From NCBI GenBank assembly GCA_002633005.1, contig NMRA01000001.1, forward strand, positions 3,207,695 to 3,271,694: DNA of 64,000 nt. The letters are read 5' to 3'. A program made the translations under genes and the position numbers. The notes beneath the pieces were generated by a model. That model was given only the letters and a program-made list of their open reading frames with translations. It did no database searches and was not told the DNA's origin. Below are positions 30,986 through 45,900 of the stretch, piece after piece (the first letter of the stretch is position 1; every line of letters starts with the position of its first letter). The stretch comes from Phoronis australis (Eukaryota > Animalia > Phoronida).

Positions 30986-33900
30986 TTATGAGAAGGATTT
31001 AATGATGTCCTGCAACTGCTGTAAAGTTCTTGGTGACACTGAAGAGTTCTGTCCAGCTATGTCTGTTAGTTGGGCCCCCATGTGATTGTACAGGGCTTCT
31101 ACTAACTTGGCAGTCGCCGTGCGAATATTGCCCGTACCCCCTTGCACGGCACCGCTGCCTGTCACCGAGCTCAACAGGTGCCACAGCAGGGGCAGGATAT
31201 GGATGTGCACCTGCTTCTGTTTCCGTGGATACACGCGTGACACTAGGTCTGTAAGAGAAGACGATGTAATATTTAAAATGGCGGATGACTGGAGGCATTT
31301 AGCAGTGACCTTTAAGTAATAGAAAAGTCACAGCAATGACAGCACTACACCTTGACAACAGAAATCTAACTACATTTAGAAACAACTAAATCAGGGAAAC
31401 TGTCATGTTGTTGGCATTTACTTCAAGAAAAATCCCGTCAGAAAATGCAAAGTCTAGTTAAAATTCATGAAATATAAAAATCTAATGAGTTATAATTTGT
31501 AAACACAAAAACAAGACAAATTGAACAAACACATAATTTCAAGTTAGCTGAATGTGTTCTTACAGGCTAATTTTTCCACCATATCTGGTTTGATTCGAGC
31601 ATTTCCTGCTTGAGTAACATTGGCGAAGGGTTGCAGTAGACAAGAGCCATCTAAAAGAGAATGAGGCACATACCAGGATGACCATTTCATCACACTAATT
31701 AACAGAAACAGTCAAGTTGACACAAGCAACAGACATTCCTGACTTCATCTTATTATACTTAGATTATAAAGAAAAAATACATAGGGTGTACCAATACGCA
31801 CCAAGAGTCAAAGGGTTGTACACTGAACAATTTTGAACATAAGGTTTTGAAACTTTTTTGAATTTTTTGTCTTAATTTATTACATTTTGGCCCATTACCA
31901 AATTGAAAACGGATGGTTAAAAATGAATATCACATGGACATCTGATAAAGGAAATACCAACTATGATTGCACAAATTTCTGAGCTCACACAAAGTAAAAC
32001 TGTTGATTTTACAGCTCTCAGTTTAATCTTGGAATGTTTATTCTTCACCAGAACAAGAGTTAAGATAGCAATGCAAAATATATGCTTTTGCTCAAGTATG
32101 CCTAGTGCCACACATGACTGAGGGCAAGGGTCAAAGACTTCAATGTTTCAACAGCCAAGCTTCAGTACTACACACAAGACACAATGGTAGTCGAACTGAA
32201 TGCAAAACCTTTACCTAAATGTTCAAGGAAGCCATCCAAAATCTCCATTGCTGGGGTGTAGATTTCCTTATTCTTCGACGACAGATTGTACGCCACCGCA
32301 GGCACCACGATATTGACGACGTTAGGCAAGTGGTCACGTAATATCGGCATGATGTCCAACATCACGTTCAGTGCAAAGATATTCACCTTGCTATTAGGGT
32401 CTCTCAGACAAGTACAGAACTTATCAAACAGCTGAAAAAAAAACAGGTAAATTTAGGAACCTTTAATTCCATCTAGTTGAGGATAAAATTCAGGCTGCAA
32501 GATTTAGCTAGGCTATGGGCTGAATCTATTCCATGAAATTAAATGATAAAAAGCAACCAAAATGCTAAGTTTAAATCATTCAGAACTCAAACGAGACAAA
32601 TCAACTCCCTAGTCTCTATACCTGCACAAAGCTGATCCACAATTATTCAGATTATCACCTTGCTCAAGGGTTAACACTGAATACGCAATGGACAAGCTGT
32701 CCCAGTTCACTCGCAGCCTCACCTTAACTATACTTGTGGCCACCAGACTGGCATTACACTCGCACAACTCCTTGAACTCGCCCACTGCATCCAGCCTCTC
32801 CTTCCACTCATTGGACACCATCTTGTTGGTCAAGCTCTTTAACATCTCCTGTTTGTTCTCATCCAGTCGTATTGTGCGCTTGCCAGAAGAGGGAGCTGAT
32901 GGTGGGAAAGTGTCGCCGTTGGTACTGCCAGCGACGGAGCCGCGCGTTCCCTGGCCAGACCTACGTGCTCTGGCTGATGGTCTGTCAGTAGGCATCTCAC
33001 CCAGACCCTGTGAGAAATGAGGCAAAGGACATAGATCACTTGCAAAATTCAGAACTTACTTGAATTTAAAAATCATGTACACTGTTGATTTGTCACACTA
33101 CAGGAACTCTTCTTCAAGACAAAGGATGCAACAATGCTCATAAAGAAACAGTGTGGAATCACATCCAGAGTCTTGGTCACAAGCACGCACAGAGCTTTAA
33201 CAGATGTTTGACTGCTTGAAGTCATTTCCACAAACCAACTATGTACAGTAAACACCACTAGCATATCTGAAAGAAACATTTCATACTCAAAGAAAAACTG
33301 CAACGTTGATATTTGCATGTATAACTATACATACTACACAGCTCTGATGAAACCCCAGCTATCCAATTTAACTCCAGACAACAGAGTAAGGCAGCTTTCC
33401 AACAAAATGGTTAACACGAGCCTATTGACAATTGTTCAACAGATAAGAGAGGGGTCTCTCCTTGAGGGTTGCTAAAGATATGAATCTTAATAACACTCAA
33501 AAAATCAGTACAAAAAACTTAATCGGAGCATATTTTGAAATTTGCTATGTATGCTACCTGAGTGTCAGGGTTTCCATTTTCGTTTCTGTTTGACTTGTAG
33601 TAAATGAGTTTGGACTTCAATAATCCTAGCTCTGTCTTGCGCCTAAGCTAACACATTTACAGATCATCTAATTAGGTCACAACAATCTATTAAGAATATT
33701 AATACATAAATTAAACACACAATTTAAAAATGCTAGCCTATTTGGGAGTGTAAATTCTCACGCGCACTTAGTGTGCTCCACAGGCATTTTGCGATTAAGA
33801 CCAATTATGCATAAATGCACATTGTTGCATTTGTAAAACATCAAGCAATTTCACTTATGGGTATTCTGATAGTATCACCACAAGTGAGCGTGTATATGTG

Positions 33901-36900
33901 TCACACCCACATGCAATTAAACACAATTACAAATTGAGACTTTCACAATGCACTAAATTCTTATACCCTAATTTTCCTAGCCAGTACTAAATAACAGTTT
34001 TCATAAAAAACTCATTGTATGAATGGCTTGAGAAGAAAAATTCAACTAGAAATTCAGATAATGCTACAGAGTATGACCAAGCACTTGAGCCATTACATGT
34101 TATCTTTAATTCCATAATTACCTATTTATAAGTAGTTAAATGGCTACAAAACCCCTCTTCTGTCACAAAAACCAACTTTTAATTTAGATCACTTACCATT
34201 ATGAAATTGGTTTCTAATTGTTCCTCAGTCCAAATAGATGTGATTTCTGAGTTTAGAAACAACAATACTTGAGACCAGGCTGTACAAGTTCACCTGTCAT
34301 AGCGAGTCATTCTACTCTCTGAGCACAGACTCTAGTTACAACCAACTGTTAACTAACCGTCAAACCAAAACTCATTTTCATCGGAGTAAGGAACTAGTTG
34401 AAACCAATTTTATAGCGTTAAGTGGGACAAATCAAAAGTTAACTTCTTCATTGGAAAATGGGTTTATAGTCATTTTAAAGGACGTTCTATTTCAGCAAAT
34501 TTACCTTGAACCACTACCAGAAAGACATTTAGTATAAATCTATCCTTTTACCTGGTTGCCTAATACAAACTTCTGGTTTAAGGTAGCCGACTGTATTCGC
34601 TGGACACGTTTAGACTTAAGTAATGACAGTTCTGTGTCTCGCTTATGCTAAGGTAATGAATAAAAACCAAGAGCCTACACTCACTAAACATAAGCAAACT
34701 GAAGGCGCTGGTACCAAGGACTATTAAGTATTAATTCTGTTGCCACGTCAACTGTGAGACAAACTAAGCAATTTAACCACTGCTAGAAAACAGCCACTCT
34801 CTTGACCCAGCAAACTCTATTTTCAAACTCCTCTGTGCATTCACTTCAATTGACTTTTTGTACTTATGATCCTTTCATCATTAAGTCAACATTTTCTCAG
34901 TAATGAGAGGAGACAACAACAAAAAGGTAATTTATAGCATAATAGATGTCTGTACTTTAAGTACTAGATAAGCACAACTCTGCTATCTAGAGATCCCATG
35001 CATCATAATAAGAACTAACTAATTATATCTACAGAGGCAAATCTGAAATTTATCATATGAAATAATATAAATTATTGATAAGAATTAATACAAACGGTTG
35101 ACATAACTTTTCTGGCAAGATTTCCCATCAGAATATATCACAATATATGATTCTACATAACTGAGTGATGATAAATGAACAAGAGGTTTTCCTTGAATGA
35201 TGATCAGGCTGATATCAGACTGATGATCATTTATCATCAGTCTCACATGAATTCATAACGACCAAAGTGGAGGTTTACGATCACATTGTAGAAGTTCCTC
35301 AAAGCACACCTCCTCAAGTCAGGATTCCAAGTACAAACCTGCCATAAAGAATGTCAACTTTCTGTACCAGCAACAACTGTTGACTTGTAAAATATGCACA
35401 CCAGCAACATTCCAATTTGCTTCGTTCATTTACCTTCGTCCTCAACGTTTCCATTGCATCTTTGACATTTCTGACCATATTAGCGGCCAGGTGTTTCGTC
35501 ATGATCTTCTCAAAGTCTGGGTGTTGCATCAGCATGAACAGGATCTTCCGTCCGTTGTACCTGATGACAAAACATCTTTGATAAGCACACCTGCGCACAC
35601 CTACCGCTACACACGTGTATCTCTAGCTGAATTAACAGGTCAAGAATTGTACAATGACACTTGGCTTACCTTGGCTGCCTGCTGGTTTGGTAATTAACCC
35701 AATTATGTTGCCCACCCCGCAGAATTAATAAAAACCCTAATGTGGCAATATTGTACAAAATGTTTTAGGTTTTAAAAGTCACGTTTCTTGTCCAATTTTC
35801 AAAATTCAAAAACCTAACTACGTGTAATTTTCATGAATTATTCAAATATCTTATTAAAAAAACTTTCAGAACAAAAATTTTAAAAATACTATTGTCGCCC
35901 CCAGTGTGTTTATGATCGACCAGATTATCTAGAGAAAGATAACATCAGCAGGCTGTGGCATTCAGAGATGATGTAACTGGCTACAACTGCGTGATGTCTT
36001 TGATCACTTCGGCAGATTTCGCAGTACGCAAATTCCGATCAGTGAGGATGTTAACGTAGGATTCTTTTCATAAACAATAGCGAGGTCTCTACCAATCCCC
36101 CCTGATGTAAACCAAATAGTTGTATACAGAATGGACAATGTGCAAATCATGCAAAAACTACTTTTCCAGCCAGAAATTTTTATTTACACTTTAAAAACTA
36201 AATGCAGGGACATCCAACCTATGGGCCTATTATAGCATACATCATAGATTTACACGAGTGTTTAGTAGACAGTGCTTTCTTATGAATTTTCAGAAATTCT
36301 TGATACTAAATGCATTTGGCAGTGTTAATGAGAAAAAGATCTCTCTTAATTAACGGAATAGATATAGAACAGGAACGTGTTCCCCAGTACAGGGAATTTG
36401 TGTGATATGGTTTACATGAGATTACCTAAATGAACACATTTCTCAGGTAGGATCATCTTCGCACTAGTGCCACGTAGCACAATTTGACATCTACATTGCA
36501 GTAAACATTTAAGAAAGACAATACCATCTTGTGAAGCTCTACTGCTTGTTGTGATGCAGTTGCAAATATATCAACATAAAGCATACCTCGCCTCAGGTGA
36601 GCCGTCGTTGAGAAGGGTGGCCATAGCGGGCAGCACTCTGTCTGTGATGTCCTTGACCCCACTCAGTATACGACCTTCACCCATTTTCTCAACGAGTGTC
36701 ACGAGGTGGAATGATGAACAACGACGTACCACCTGGTTACGATGTCTGCAAATAATTTGTTCGGTAAGGTCATACACGCAACAGCACAGGATCAGAAAGC
36801 AAAAGCGCCAGACTATAACTAAATACTTTTTTGATTAATTACATTACTCCAACTTGCATAACCACTGGTAATATAAACCCTAACTTCAGGGGAGTAAGGG

Positions 36901-39900
36901 TTTCTGAATGTAATTGTAGAAGGTGCACTGTGGTTTGTGACATTAAACTGTAACAAGGACACGTGCTTTGATCAAGATTGCTTATTACACAAATTTTCTA
37001 CTTACTGCCATTGATGAGTTCAAATTAAACAAGTCAAATGTTCTATATGAATGAAGTGCACAGCCCAGCTGTATGCCAGTCTATATTCCAGTGACTTTCA
37101 TAATGTTTTATTAGCTTAGCCATGAAGTCATAACCACATTGGCTATGCCACAGCTACAGGAGAGCTGCCTGAAGCTACCTCAGACCAGTCAAAACTTTCC
37201 TGCTGTCATCGACAGTCTCATTCACAAAGGAATCATTTTGGCACCAAAGCTACCATCGCCCCCTGTGGGGGTGACATATTGGCAATGCATGCGGAAACAA
37301 CAAAAATAAAGGAAGTCACAAGTTCTTACGAGACTCCACCCTGCACCAAGGCTACCAGCGCCCTCTGTGGGGTGACATTTTCAACCATCATTCGCAGGCT
37401 CTTCTCGACATCATCTCTGATAAAAGAATTACTCTCGCCACACTTGTGTAACAGGACCTTAGCAACACTATCCAAATCCTGCAAGAAATTAGTCTTCGTA
37501 AAAACACACTTCCAATANATGAAGTGCACAGCCCAGCTGTATGCCAGTCTATATTCCAGTGACTTTCATAATGTTTTATTAGCTTAGCCATGAAGTCATA
37601 ACCACATTGGCTATGACACAGCTACAGGAGAGCTGCCTGAAGCTACCTCAGACCAGTCAAAACTTTCCTGCTGTCATCGGCAGTCTCATTCACAAAGGAA
37701 TCATTTTGGCACCAAAGCTACCATCGCCCCCTGTGGGGGTGACATATTGGCAATGCATGCGGAAACAACAAAAATAAAGGAAGTCACAAGTTCTTACGAG
37801 ACTCCACCCTGCACCAAGGCTACCAGCGCCCTCTGTGGGGTGACATTTTCAACCATCATTCGCAGGCTCTTCTCGACATCATCTCTGATAAAAGAATTAC
37901 TCTCGCCACACTTGTGTAACAGGACCTTAGCAACACTATCCAAATCCTGCAAGAAATTAGTCTTCGTAAAAACACACTTCCAATAGCAATACAATTCCAC
38001 AAACATGGTAAACTTGTTATTTAGGAGCCAATACAAATACTAATATATTTACCTACAAATTATTAAACAGGTAACTTGATTACCTGTAAAAGGCCAAGGT
38101 GAGTACAACTTTACCTTTTTACAAAAAAATACTCTTGTTATACATGTGGGTGAGCAAGGTAGTGGACAAGTCACAGTTATAAGTATAAAAAATTGGGAAA
38201 AACTCAGGTGCTGGGAAAATTATCCAAAAGCTTTAGAAAGTGTAACAGGTCATTATTGTGTGAGGCCAGGCTCTACAAGATGACTTGTCACAACGTGTCA
38301 TTTTATTCCTTGAACAACGTCACCACAAATAACAAAACGTTTTTTGCAAGACCAAAAACGACTTCTCATCAGAGTAACGGGGCTGGAATGCCCAATGACA
38401 AAAAAGAGGAAAATTTTCCAGGTGATACATGGTTTTACAAATAAATGGACATGTGTGATAGACATATTCTTCATGTTGTAAAATTTAACCGAAACACATA
38501 TTTTTGCATGAATTAAGTCAAAATACTGATAAAAAAGAAACGAAAAAAGAGGACACTGGAAATTAAAGAAGAGAAAATCAAAACCAAAAAGAGGAAATCA
38601 TTTTAAGAAGAGGAAAATTCCAAGCCCTGGAGTAAGGAAAAAGATGAGTACAGCTTTATAGCAGAAAGGGGCTTAAATCAGGTTTCTGACATGGAATGCA
38701 GGTTTATTGCCATTTTGAATGTGACAACAGCCACACAAGCTGTATCCACACCAACATCATCATGCTCACGGACCACCACCATACTCACAGACCACCACCA
38801 TACACACAGACCACCACCATACACACAGACCACCACCATACTCACAGACCATCACCATACTCACGGACCATCCACACATAACACCAAGATGACTTACCGC
38901 ATCCATAGACTTTCTCAGCACCTCAAACATATGACTCATGGTGATTATAGCCAGCCTGGACACTTGTGACCGGAGATTCTTGACCTCATTCATCACGGCA
39001 AGAGTGACCGTATGCAGGTCCCTAAGCAACACCTCTGGGTTGTAGGCAAGCAGACGACGCACAGTGGTGAGGCCGTCGTTCTTTTGTTGCCTGTGACAGG
39101 AAACAAGGGGAAATAATCAACTGTTGGTAGATTGTTGTAGCATAGCAGAAGAGACTCAATAGGTAGACAACTGATCTTTGGTTAGTTGGGACAGCAAATA
39201 AATGGGCGGGCACAGTCTTGACTATCATGTAAAATGTATAGCTTTTATGAACGGTGTAGGGTTAATCAGCAATGGTGCTCACCAGTCATCTTGAGCAATA
39301 TTAGCGAGCGCATCCCTCAGACCCTGTTCAGGGTTGTTCAGAGGTTGTAGTATATCTTGACTGTTGGTTCGTGATGCTGCCGAGAGAGGCTTCACTGGGT
39401 CTGAGGGCCTGTAAGACGAGTATGTGCAATTTAAATACTGGCGCCAATAGCACAGATACAACAGTTACATTTTTGATAAAATTTTACGTTGAGTTGCAAA
39501 AAACCAATTCCACATGAAATCAAAACCATTTGTTGCAACTTACAAAAGACTGCTTTCAAGAGTACATCAAAATGAATTTAAGATCATGCTTTGTTTATTA
39601 GTATTTCGCCAAAACAACGCACACAATAATCAAACTTTAAAACCAATTAACATATCGAGCAGACCTGACAATAGTACTTATTTTGCAATGGGAATGTTAA
39701 TAAAATAATTCTAAGGACCTTCATATTGTCATTAGGTTATTTAAGGGATAAGTAAAAATCAAAATGCAAACACTTATACTGTTGACAGTAACTTTCCATT
39801 CTTTTTAGTTGTCCTTTCATAGACCACGACAAAATTTGAAGAAAATCATAGTGAATCAAGAAGTTGACATGTGCTGCGAAAAAAAAAAATAGAATGACTT

Positions 39901-42900
39901 ACGAGTGAGACTTTTTGCTAGTAGGTGTCACCACTTGAGGCTTGTGATTGGCTGCGTAGGAGGTGTTGCTGCCTGATACACTGAGATCTGTAAATAGTGA
40001 AATCTCATAGTATCAAAAATTGTTGACCTGACCAATGAAGAAAATCATAGGCAATATTAAGCATTGGTCCAAACAATAGTGATTTTCAAACCAGACACCA
40101 GTCTGATTCCTTAAAATAAGTGTTTATCATATCAAAATATTTTTTTCTTCCATCTACAAAAGTTCAAGACTGTAAGTGTCACTTTAAAAGAACAATATTT
40201 CACCAAATGCTTTTAAAATGGGACTTTTTGACTGATTATAAATCTAACAACCATGTATCCAATGAAAGCCCGTGCTTTTTTGGTTAAGTTTTCCAAGCGC
40301 ACAAGTCATTAGAATAAATTAAAGATTTGAGACACCTGCATTCTAACATTTTACAACATTTTTGTGAATTCCCACAAAAATGGTCATTTTACAAAATTTT
40401 AGGTAATTTCCTACCCTCAGAACTAGGTGTTTCGTTGGCCTGCAGGTTGCGCAGCCTCTCCTGCGCCCTCTCCCGTTCCCTGTCCCTCTCCTTCTGCATC
40501 TCTTCCTCACGTTTCCGCGTCTTTTCCTCCCTGATCTTTTGCTGCCTCTCCCTTTCCCGCTCTTTTTCCTCCCTTATCTTCTGCTGCCGTTCTTTCTCCT
40601 GCTCCTTCTCCCTCGCTTTCTCCAACCGCCGCTGTTCGGCCTCCTCCTTCTGTTGTCGAATTTTAGAGGCCATCCGCTGCTTCATCGTCCCCGACAAAGC
40701 TATCTCCTCCTGTAGAGAAGAGAGTACACAACTTCAAATCAAGTTTGACAAAGTAAAATAAGACAAATCAACAACCAGATAAGCCAGCACCACAGCACAT
40801 AAAGTCGTTAATGACATAACTCAACTTGAATCCAAAGTATAGCCTGAATATAGAATTCGTAAACGGAATCTCCCAAATAATGTTTTACAATAAATACCAG
40901 GAACAGGGAAATGCAATTTCCAACACATAATTTCTAGGCAAGCACACAGTGGAAATGCCTTTTCAACAAACAACTACAGAGTTATGAAAGCTGTTCTGCA
41001 ACATCAGTTTATAAATCATTACAAACCTCGTCTGACTCGATTGTCGATTGGCTCTTCTTGTCACCAGTCTGGTCAACAGGAGAGTCGAACATTCCTGGCA
41101 AAGGACAAACCGTACAATTTCCTTGACATTCAATTCACAAAACTGAACAAAACGATCATTGAACTCGGGCTAGGAATAATGTCACTGTGAAGAAATTATT
41201 AATGAAACCTGTCCAAACTAAGAAATAATTGATTAGGCAGATCGATCATGAAATGCCAAGGGGACAATGAAATGGAATTTGCTAAACATAGGATTATATA
41301 ATGGCCTTAGGAAGACAGCACACAATTTTTAATAGTCTTTAAATCTACGACCACAGAGGCTACTCATTAATTTCATTTTTTCATCCTTATTACTAATAAC
41401 AATGAGGCGATTTCAAAAGATTTCATTTAATAATCCAAACAAGCTCTTAATGCTGTAGAAGAATATAAAAATTTAAGGTCAAAATCCAAAATAGCGGACC
41501 ACGTTTTCAAAGATTCAATCTTTATATATAACTCTATTATTCAGAAAACATGACCATTGTTCAGAGTTTACAAAATTTCATATAACAACACCTTATGATG
41601 ATACTCAACAACATCATTACCATGAACAGAATGGGTAACGCACAAGGCTGGATAATATTCACCGTAACAACACTAAACTGAAAGTGAAGGTGGTGGGGGA
41701 AGATGAGAGTGCATTTACCTCTGCCGACCACACCGATACTCTCCTGTTCTGGCACCTTGTCATCGTCCAGCTCCAGCTGACCGTGAGAGTTAAGTGCTGC
41801 CATGCCCAGTGGAGACAACAGGGAGCCTGTACACGAGAACGCAACACGTGCCAGTGTACCGTGACACAAACAAATAAACCAACAAACAAACAAACAAACC
41901 ACACTGTTGGATGCTTGAAACTGATTGCAGTGGAGAAAATTACCTGAACACTGAATTGAAACATCATCCCAAACAAAATCGGGATTGTTAGTGGCAAATT
42001 TTCGAAACTTAAAATATATTTAGTTTATAAGCATGTAATTTTCAAAAGCTTATATAAGGAAAAGGGTCCTTCTGAAGACATACTAAGCAATCTTAATTGA
42101 TTAGGCTGTGACTCACTAATAGCTGTCAACAGTTTGACATGTTCTAGGTTTATGAGGTGCTTTCACAGTTTGACACAATATTGAAGGTTTAACTAGAACC
42201 ACGATGTCGTCATCACTGCTGTGTTTTTCACAGAAACACAAGTTTTGTCATGTAAACCATGTAAAATAAAGTCATTCCTTATTCACAGTACCGAATAACT
42301 TATTAGCAGCACTCAGTCAAGGGAAATAACGGACGTTATTTTTGTACCGAACACGATAGAGCAGAAGTAATGATCAGCCGAGCAGTAAGCGACAAGCAAA
42401 CAGGAAGTCCCGCTTTATCACTAACCAATCACAGAACAATTCCCTTCGTTAACATTCACTCAGAGAACAAATGTATTAATTAATATTCACTTATATAAAA
42501 AGTCCATGAATCAACACGAGTTCATTTAACGAGACAATAATGGACTTCAATTATTCTGGCGACAGGCAGTGAATGGAACTGATCAATCACAAGAGTTACT
42601 TTGAGCCTTGAATGACTAAGAAACAATCTTTCCTTTCCAACGGTTTAGAACACATGAAGTTTCATCAACCAACATCAGTAAAACATGAACACTTAGAAAA
42701 TTACAGCCCAGCTTGAACTTGTTATAACTAACAATTCATAGCAAGTGATTAGTTCAATGTTGTTCAACTGTGGTGGATATTTTATTGGTGCAACACCATA
42801 ATTTCAAAATTAAATTGAAAATTTCATATTTACTTCTCACTGGTAATCTTTGAAACATTTATGTGTTTGTTGAATAAGCATCATTTGGATATCAATTTAA

Positions 42901-45900
42901 ATTAGAGGGGTCACCAGTTAAATTCCTGTCATAAAGTTATCAAATAAAAGAAGCGGAATGATTATCTTGAAATGATCATTCTAAAGCAAAACATCATCAT
43001 AGTAAACCATTTAATATTAAAAGGAAACTATGAGCAATTTTAGGAAGTAGGTCAAGAACCAATAAAATGGATACTTGTTGAAAAATTACGATTACCGTAG
43101 CTAATGAAATCCAAGTACTACAAGCACACATACACAATGTGGTGAGTCAAATAACAGTTACACCCTTCAGTGCACTAAATAATGAAGTATGGAGTGTATA
43201 AAAATGTCAAGACTTGGCAAATTAGTTGGTCACCTAGTCATCTTATAATCAACTGTTGAAGGCGGAGAGGAAATGAATTTTAATGACTCCTTCATCACCT
43301 TGACAACATTCAGCAGGCAGATCATTTCGGTAAGGTCACGTAGGACTCAATGAGCCTGTGTATTTAGACAAATCTCTACAAAACTACAGATTGTAACACA
43401 GTGAAAGCACAAATTGTCTGAAAGCAGAAAGGAATTTGATTTATGACTTTTTACCAATCTGTTATTAATTTAGTCACGTGACTGTGTCTTCTTAGCAAAA
43501 TTAAGCAAAAAAGAAAGGTATATTGATGGCAAATCAATGGTATCAATAACACGATCCAAATCTAAATGTTCAATGTGAATTTTCTAAGATATTTTTGTTT
43601 TCGTTTTATGCAAATTTCAAGCTCTTTCCACAAAATCGTGAAAGTGGAACATTTTCAAAACAATACCTAACACCGTTTTCAAGAACAGTGCATAAAGCGT
43701 GATGTCTGAAAGTTTCATTTGAATACGATAGGATGTTTCTGATATTATATGTGTTCTGAAGTTTGCAAAATTTGGACACTTTTTCCAAGGTCTCCTGCAT
43801 GACTTTAAAATGTACAGTAAAACAATTCAGTGGGTCAACCTTTTAAGTCTGGTCACAATGAACAAAATAAGTTAAGTCTGGAAATTGCGACTGCCCGGAA
43901 TCTAAGAAGTAGCTTTACTTGTATATTTCAATCTTGAACATAAATACTATCCAAAATTCCCCCTAAAGCATATTAAACATTTTATTGTGAATTCCTTTAG
44001 TACATTATATTTCACACTACGTGAGAGCTAATAATTTTATTACATAACAGGAAACCAAATATTGCCCGCAGTCTCAAGCATCAAACAGAAATAATAATTA
44101 CCACCAAATCATGAAGACGTGAATTTCAACCAATATCACATCAAATCACAGAACTCGCTATTACTCTATCACATGACTCGGGATAACCTCAGAATAGCAC
44201 CATTGTTGCACTCACCCTTGGTCAGCCTTCGGCGCTCCCTTGCCTTGGATGCAACGGAAGGTTTAGGATCTGAGAATGACGAGTCTTCCGAGTAACCCTT
44301 GCCTACCACTTTCACATCAGAGTTCTTGTTCTCGCGAAATGTTACTCCTGCATCGGGATTGAAGTCAAGCTTACTGGAGTCCACCTGGACAAGTTTTTCT
44401 GGTTTCTTTGGCGTCCTGTGAACAGGGTATGCATACAGTTAGTCACAAAATATAAAACGACATCAGAATATAGTTCACACAATGGAAAAAAGCCTAAGTG
44501 TTAAAGTGTCAGTAAAACGTTTTACAGTATACATGAAAGCCTTCCTTGAGAGGAGTTTTATTATTTTAGATGACGTCCCAGCATTACTTTAGAAACATAA
44601 AGAGCATAATTTAATCTCCAAAACAAAGCCTCATAAAATGGTAAGTATCCTTTTCACATCACAGAACAAAGAACAAAAGGCCAAAAGAAGTAGTATTGAA
44701 TAGGAATCTGAATAGCTGAACATCTATAAGTAATCTCATTTTGATAGAACCGAATGTCAATAAGCATAACCACTCATCACATTTGACAATTTACTGCATT
44801 AGTGTGCTCAGAGTGCTTCTCAACACACATTGCAGCAACCAGATTCCCATGCATTACCATTCAAGGTAGGTTTTAAGAAAATACAGTAAAGCACAGAACC
44901 GTAACTGGAAGCATTTCCCTCCCTTACTGTTTATAGTGGAATAGAATAGAGAAAATACAACAAAGAAAACAATAAGAAAATCACAAAATTGTAACAACAG
45001 TACACAACAGCATGTAATTTACTGTTCAGGTCTACATTACCCTTGAGTGACACGTTATTAGTGAGCTTGTAGCATACTGAACTGACAGAACATCGCCCAG
45101 GATGTTGGGGGTGGATAATTTTACAACTTGGGCTGTGCCACTGCACCCTCAGCCTCACCTTGAGTTAAACAACTGGGGAGACCTCTCTTTCTTATCTTCA
45201 AAAGTGCTGTTCAGATCAATTAGTATTTTGTCTTTAGTCGAGGCATGCCGAGCCAAGCGTGGCTTGCCGAAGGGAGACTCTGCCTTTTTAGCGCTGGGAG
45301 AATGAAACGGAACAACGGGTCAGACGAAATGGAAAGTAGCAAAATAGAGACAACATGCCACATAGCAAACAGAGAAAAATGTGAACATGCGCTGCAAAGG
45401 TTAAACAGTTGTGTTTAAAATGACATTAATTTTCCACACTAGTGTGGAAGTAAATCAACATGCCACAAGATTTACAATGGGAAACTTTTTTCAGTTGCAT
45501 GCGCTGATGTAATTGTGAAGTCACTCCATTGCTACTTGTTTAAACCTGATGACTTTCACATAGCTTCCAAATATTCATTGGGAATGCAGAGAACAAAACA
45601 TCGATAATCATAGTGAGGCTGCCTTGCACCTCGCACGAAACACGTTTCCATGTACTTCAGATACAATATTTCTACATTTATCCCATACCCGCTCTAACAT
45701 TTGTACTTTCACTATGCTCATCATGTGTTCATATTTTCTCTATTATTTTGGCTAGATCTCAATTAACTGTCTAGCAGTTTGTACAAGTACCGTAAATCCA
45801 ATAACTTGTACAGTGCACGCCTATGGAAACAATTATTGGTACCTAAGTTTTTGGTATGAATTGACAAAATACGCGAGTCGTTTCAAGGAAACTTTCTGTT

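Noticed and set aside
37818-37842. CTCF-like motif CCACAGAGGGCGC
   Set aside because: It mismatches the 5' part of the consensus and is explained by coding sequence.
40327-40761. 144-aa plus-strand ORF and similar antisense or intronic ORFs in the track (e.g. 19346-19792, 22139-22522, 32688-33020)
   Set aside because: They are shadows of real exons or random open frames in repeats, with no recognisable domains.
44645-44654. GTATCCTTTT, a U12 donor consensus
   Set aside because: It is on the strand opposite TOGARAM1 and has no associated exon.
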